From an uncultured Rikenellaceae bacterium (GTDB lineage Bacteria > Bacteroidota > Bacteroidia > Bacteroidales > VadinHA17): 34,184 nt of DNA. Positions 32,448-34,184 of the stretch are shown piece after piece. Every line of letters starts with the position of its first letter. Position 1 is the stretch's first letter. The position numbers and the translations under genes were made by a program. The stretch covers positions 1 to 34,184 of the forward strand of contig CAZCQC010000002.1 of NCBI GenBank assembly GCA_964500155.1, given 5' to 3'. Below the pieces are notes generated by a model. That model saw nothing but the letters and a program-made list of their open reading frames with translations. It had not been told where the DNA came from and ran no database searches.

Positions 32448-34067
32448 TTAATCCTTAAACAGCGATACGTGTTTGAATTTCCTCCCGTCAAACAATCCTC
32501 TGTCGCTCAGTTTTAATTCCGGAATTACAAGCAATGCCATGAATGATAGTGTCATGAATGGTGCTGACATTTGTGATCCTGATGATTTCACCAGATCGGA
32601 TAATTTTTCATAAGCTGATGCAATTATACTAACTGGTTCATCCGACATAATTCCTGCGACCGGAAGTGGTAAGGAATTGATCTTGTTCCCATTTGCAACT
32701 GCCAGTCCGCCTTTCATTCTTATTACCTCATTTATTGCGGTAACTATATCAGGATCGTTAGTGCCGGCACAGATAATATTATGGCTGTCGTGGGCAACCG
32801 AACTGGCAAAAGCACCTGATTTCAATCCGAAACCTCTGATAAATCCAACCGCCGGTGGCATATCCCTGTAGCGGTCTTTCACAACAATTTTCAGGATATC
32901 TGATCGTAAATCCGATTCAAATATCTTTCCTTTGTGAACTTCAGCAATAATTTCCTTGGTGGTCAGATCGCCATCAAAAGCTTCAATGATACTTAATTTT
33001 CTTCCATTTGCAGAAATTTCAATATTCTCAGTCTTAATTTCCGTGCAATTGAAATTGTTTACCGGACCGCTTTTCACATAGTTGAAAAGTACTTTGTTTT
33101 TTTTATAGACTTTTTCGCCATTTATCCATGTTTCTATGATATTCATACTCCTGAAATCATCAACTATAATAAAGTCAGCCGGCTGACCAGGTTGCAGCAA
33201 CCCGGTGTTAAGTCCATAGTGCAGAGCCGGATTTATAGTACAGCTCCTGATCACATCAAAAAGATCAAATCCTTCAGTTATTAGTTTAACAACTAATTTA
33301 TCTATATGTCTTTTTGCAAGCATTTCAGGGTGCAGATCATCACTGCAGAGCATTATCTTTTCAGGATCTGTTCTGAAAAGGTCTTTAAGTTCATCCAGAT
33401 TTTTTGCAGCACTTCCCTCCCTGATAAGGATCTTCATTCCAAGAGCGAGTTTTTCCCTGGCTTCCTCCAATGTTGTGCATTCATGATCCGTAGTTATTCC
33501 TGCGGATACATACTTTTTTAATTGATCCCCTCTTAATCCGGGTGCATGTCCATCGATTGGCTTGTTCAATCTGTGGGCGATTTCAATTTTTTTCCAGACT
33601 TCAATATCATCATAAATGACTCCGGGAAAATTCATCATTTCAGCCAGATATTTTATCTCTGCAAGCTCCAGAATCTGCCTGATATCTTCAGAGTTAATTG
33701 TTGCTCCCGAAGATTCAAAAGTTGTTGCCGGAACGCATGACGGTGCTCCGAAGAAGAATTTCAGAGGCACCCGTGCAGCATCGTTTATCATATACTTTAT
33801 ACCAGGAATACCCAGCACATTTGCTATTTCATGAGGGTCCGAAACCACAGCCGTTGTTCCACGTGAAACAGCCGCCATTGCAAATGATCCTGGTGTCACC
33901 ATGGAACTCTCGATATGAATATGGGCATCAGTAAATCCGGGAAGTATATATTTGTCGGGTGCGCTTTCTAATCTGACGATTCGGCTTATAAGCCTGTTAC
34001 TGACAGTAATCTCCGCGGGATAAATCTGTCTCTTATGTATATCAATTAACTGGCCTGTAATATTCAT
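32448..34067 (-). CDS. ade: Adenine deaminase
   Basis: Amidohydrolase metal site ILPGFTDAHIHIESSM. Length of 539 aa, overall Ade-type architecture and a DGHAPG motif. Confidence 0.9.
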   Translation of the reverse strand: MNITGQLIDIHKRQIYPAEITVSNRLISRIVRLESAPDKYILPGFTDAHIHIESSMVTPGSFAMAAVSRGTTAVVSDPHEIANVLGIPGIKYMINDAARVPLKFFFGAPSCVPATTFESSGATINSEDIRQILELAEIKYLAEMMNFPGVIYDDIEVWKKIEIAHRLNKPIDGHAPGLRGDQLKKYVSAGITTDHECTTLEEAREKLALGMKILIREGSAAKNLDELKDLFRTDPEKIMLCSDDLHPEMLAKRHIDKLVVKLITEGFDLFDVIRSCTINPALHYGLNTGLLQPGQPADFIIVDDFRSMNIIETWINGEKVYKKNKVLFNYVKSGPVNNFNCTEIKTENIEISANGRKLSIIEAFDGDLTTKEIIAEVHKGKIFESDLRSDILKIVVKDRYRDMPPAVGFIRGFGLKSGAFASSVAHDSHNIICAGTNDPDIVTAINEVIRMKGGLAVANGNKINSLPLPVAGIMSDEPVSIIASAYEKLSDLVKSSGSQMSAPFMTLSFMALLVIPELKLSDRGLFDGRKFKHVSLFKD

Positions 34068-34102
34068 TGTTTACTTCGATTTATCGTTAAGATTGCTTCG
34101 TC

Positions 34103-34118
34103 TCCGCCAGATGGCGGA
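34103..34118. repeat. Solo CCGCCA-NN-TGGCGG hairpin module upstream of ade (locus D)
   Basis: TCCGCCA-ga-TGGCGGA, flanked by the weak outer pairing ATTGC (34092-34096) / GCAAT (34124-34128). Same core as the modules at 24247-24260, 30222-30234 and 32381-32394. Confidence 0.6.
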
Positions 34119-34184
34119 TCCTCGCAATGACAATGCATTATAGCTCGTTTCGTTAGTTATGAATTATAAATCAATTACCTGTCT

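Noticed and set aside
34068-34184. Purine riboswitch upstream of adenine deaminase
   Set aside because: The reverse complement of this leader shows none of the conserved purine-riboswitch junction and loop sequences I can recall. Only 117 nt are available before the window ends.
1-34184. Window-wide scan for defence systems, toxin-antitoxin pairs, integrases or transposases, prophage genes, tRNA/rRNA genes and CRISPR arrays
   Set aside because: No ORF shows nuclease, ATPase, methyltransferase or recombinase motifs suggestive of such systems. All long ORFs have ordinary metabolic, respiratory or envelope assignments. No cloverleaf-like or rRNA-like sequence was seen in the intergenic regions.

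Overview
This window reads as ordinary chromosomal DNA from an AT-rich Bacteroidota-type bacterium. Supporting signs are several perfect TAnnTTTG -7 boxes, little use of Shine-Dalgarno sites, and many lipoprotein, Tat-signal and TonB-type proteins.

Left third (1-10.0 kb): a respiratory island. The tail of a caa3-type oxidase cluster lies on the + strand: subunit IV, a CuA/haem-c subunit II, and a haem O synthase. It converges on a complete six-gene Alternative Complex III operon, actABCDEF, on the - strand.

Middle (10.3-25.7 kb): housekeeping and accessory metabolism.
- An orphan lipoprotein, lspA, an ArsR-type regulator divergent from a polyprenyl diphosphate synthase, and an MFS transporter.
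- A CoA-binding protein, then a phosphomannose-isomerase-like cupin gene paired with a secreted GH38-like mannosidase.
- A hotdog thioesterase and a CocE/NonD (S15) peptidase.
- A Tat-signal aldo/keto reductase, an SMP-30-type lactonase and ywbE.

Right third: a tightly packed phosphofructokinase / HAD hydrolase / TonB-dependent receptor string on the + strand, then uvrC and adenine deaminase on the - strand.

By eye I found no rRNA, tRNA, CRISPR array, transposase, integrase, phage gene or recognisable defence or toxin module. I did not find a convincing novel multi-gene system.

The least explained signal is a family of GC-rich nested palindromic elements built from recurring hairpin modules. 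They sit at five intergenic sites, mostly at gene 3' ends. One copy is bounded by perfect 9-bp terminal inverted repeats, and paired stem positions covary between copies.

Secondary oddities:
- ActA has six CxxCH motifs rather than five.
- The haem O synthase has Glu where Asp is expected.
- The aldo/keto reductase carries a Tat export signal.
- The phosphofructokinase has a mixed ATP/PPi signature and is translationally coupled to a HAD hydrolase.

All functional calls come from motif recognition by eye. No searches were run.
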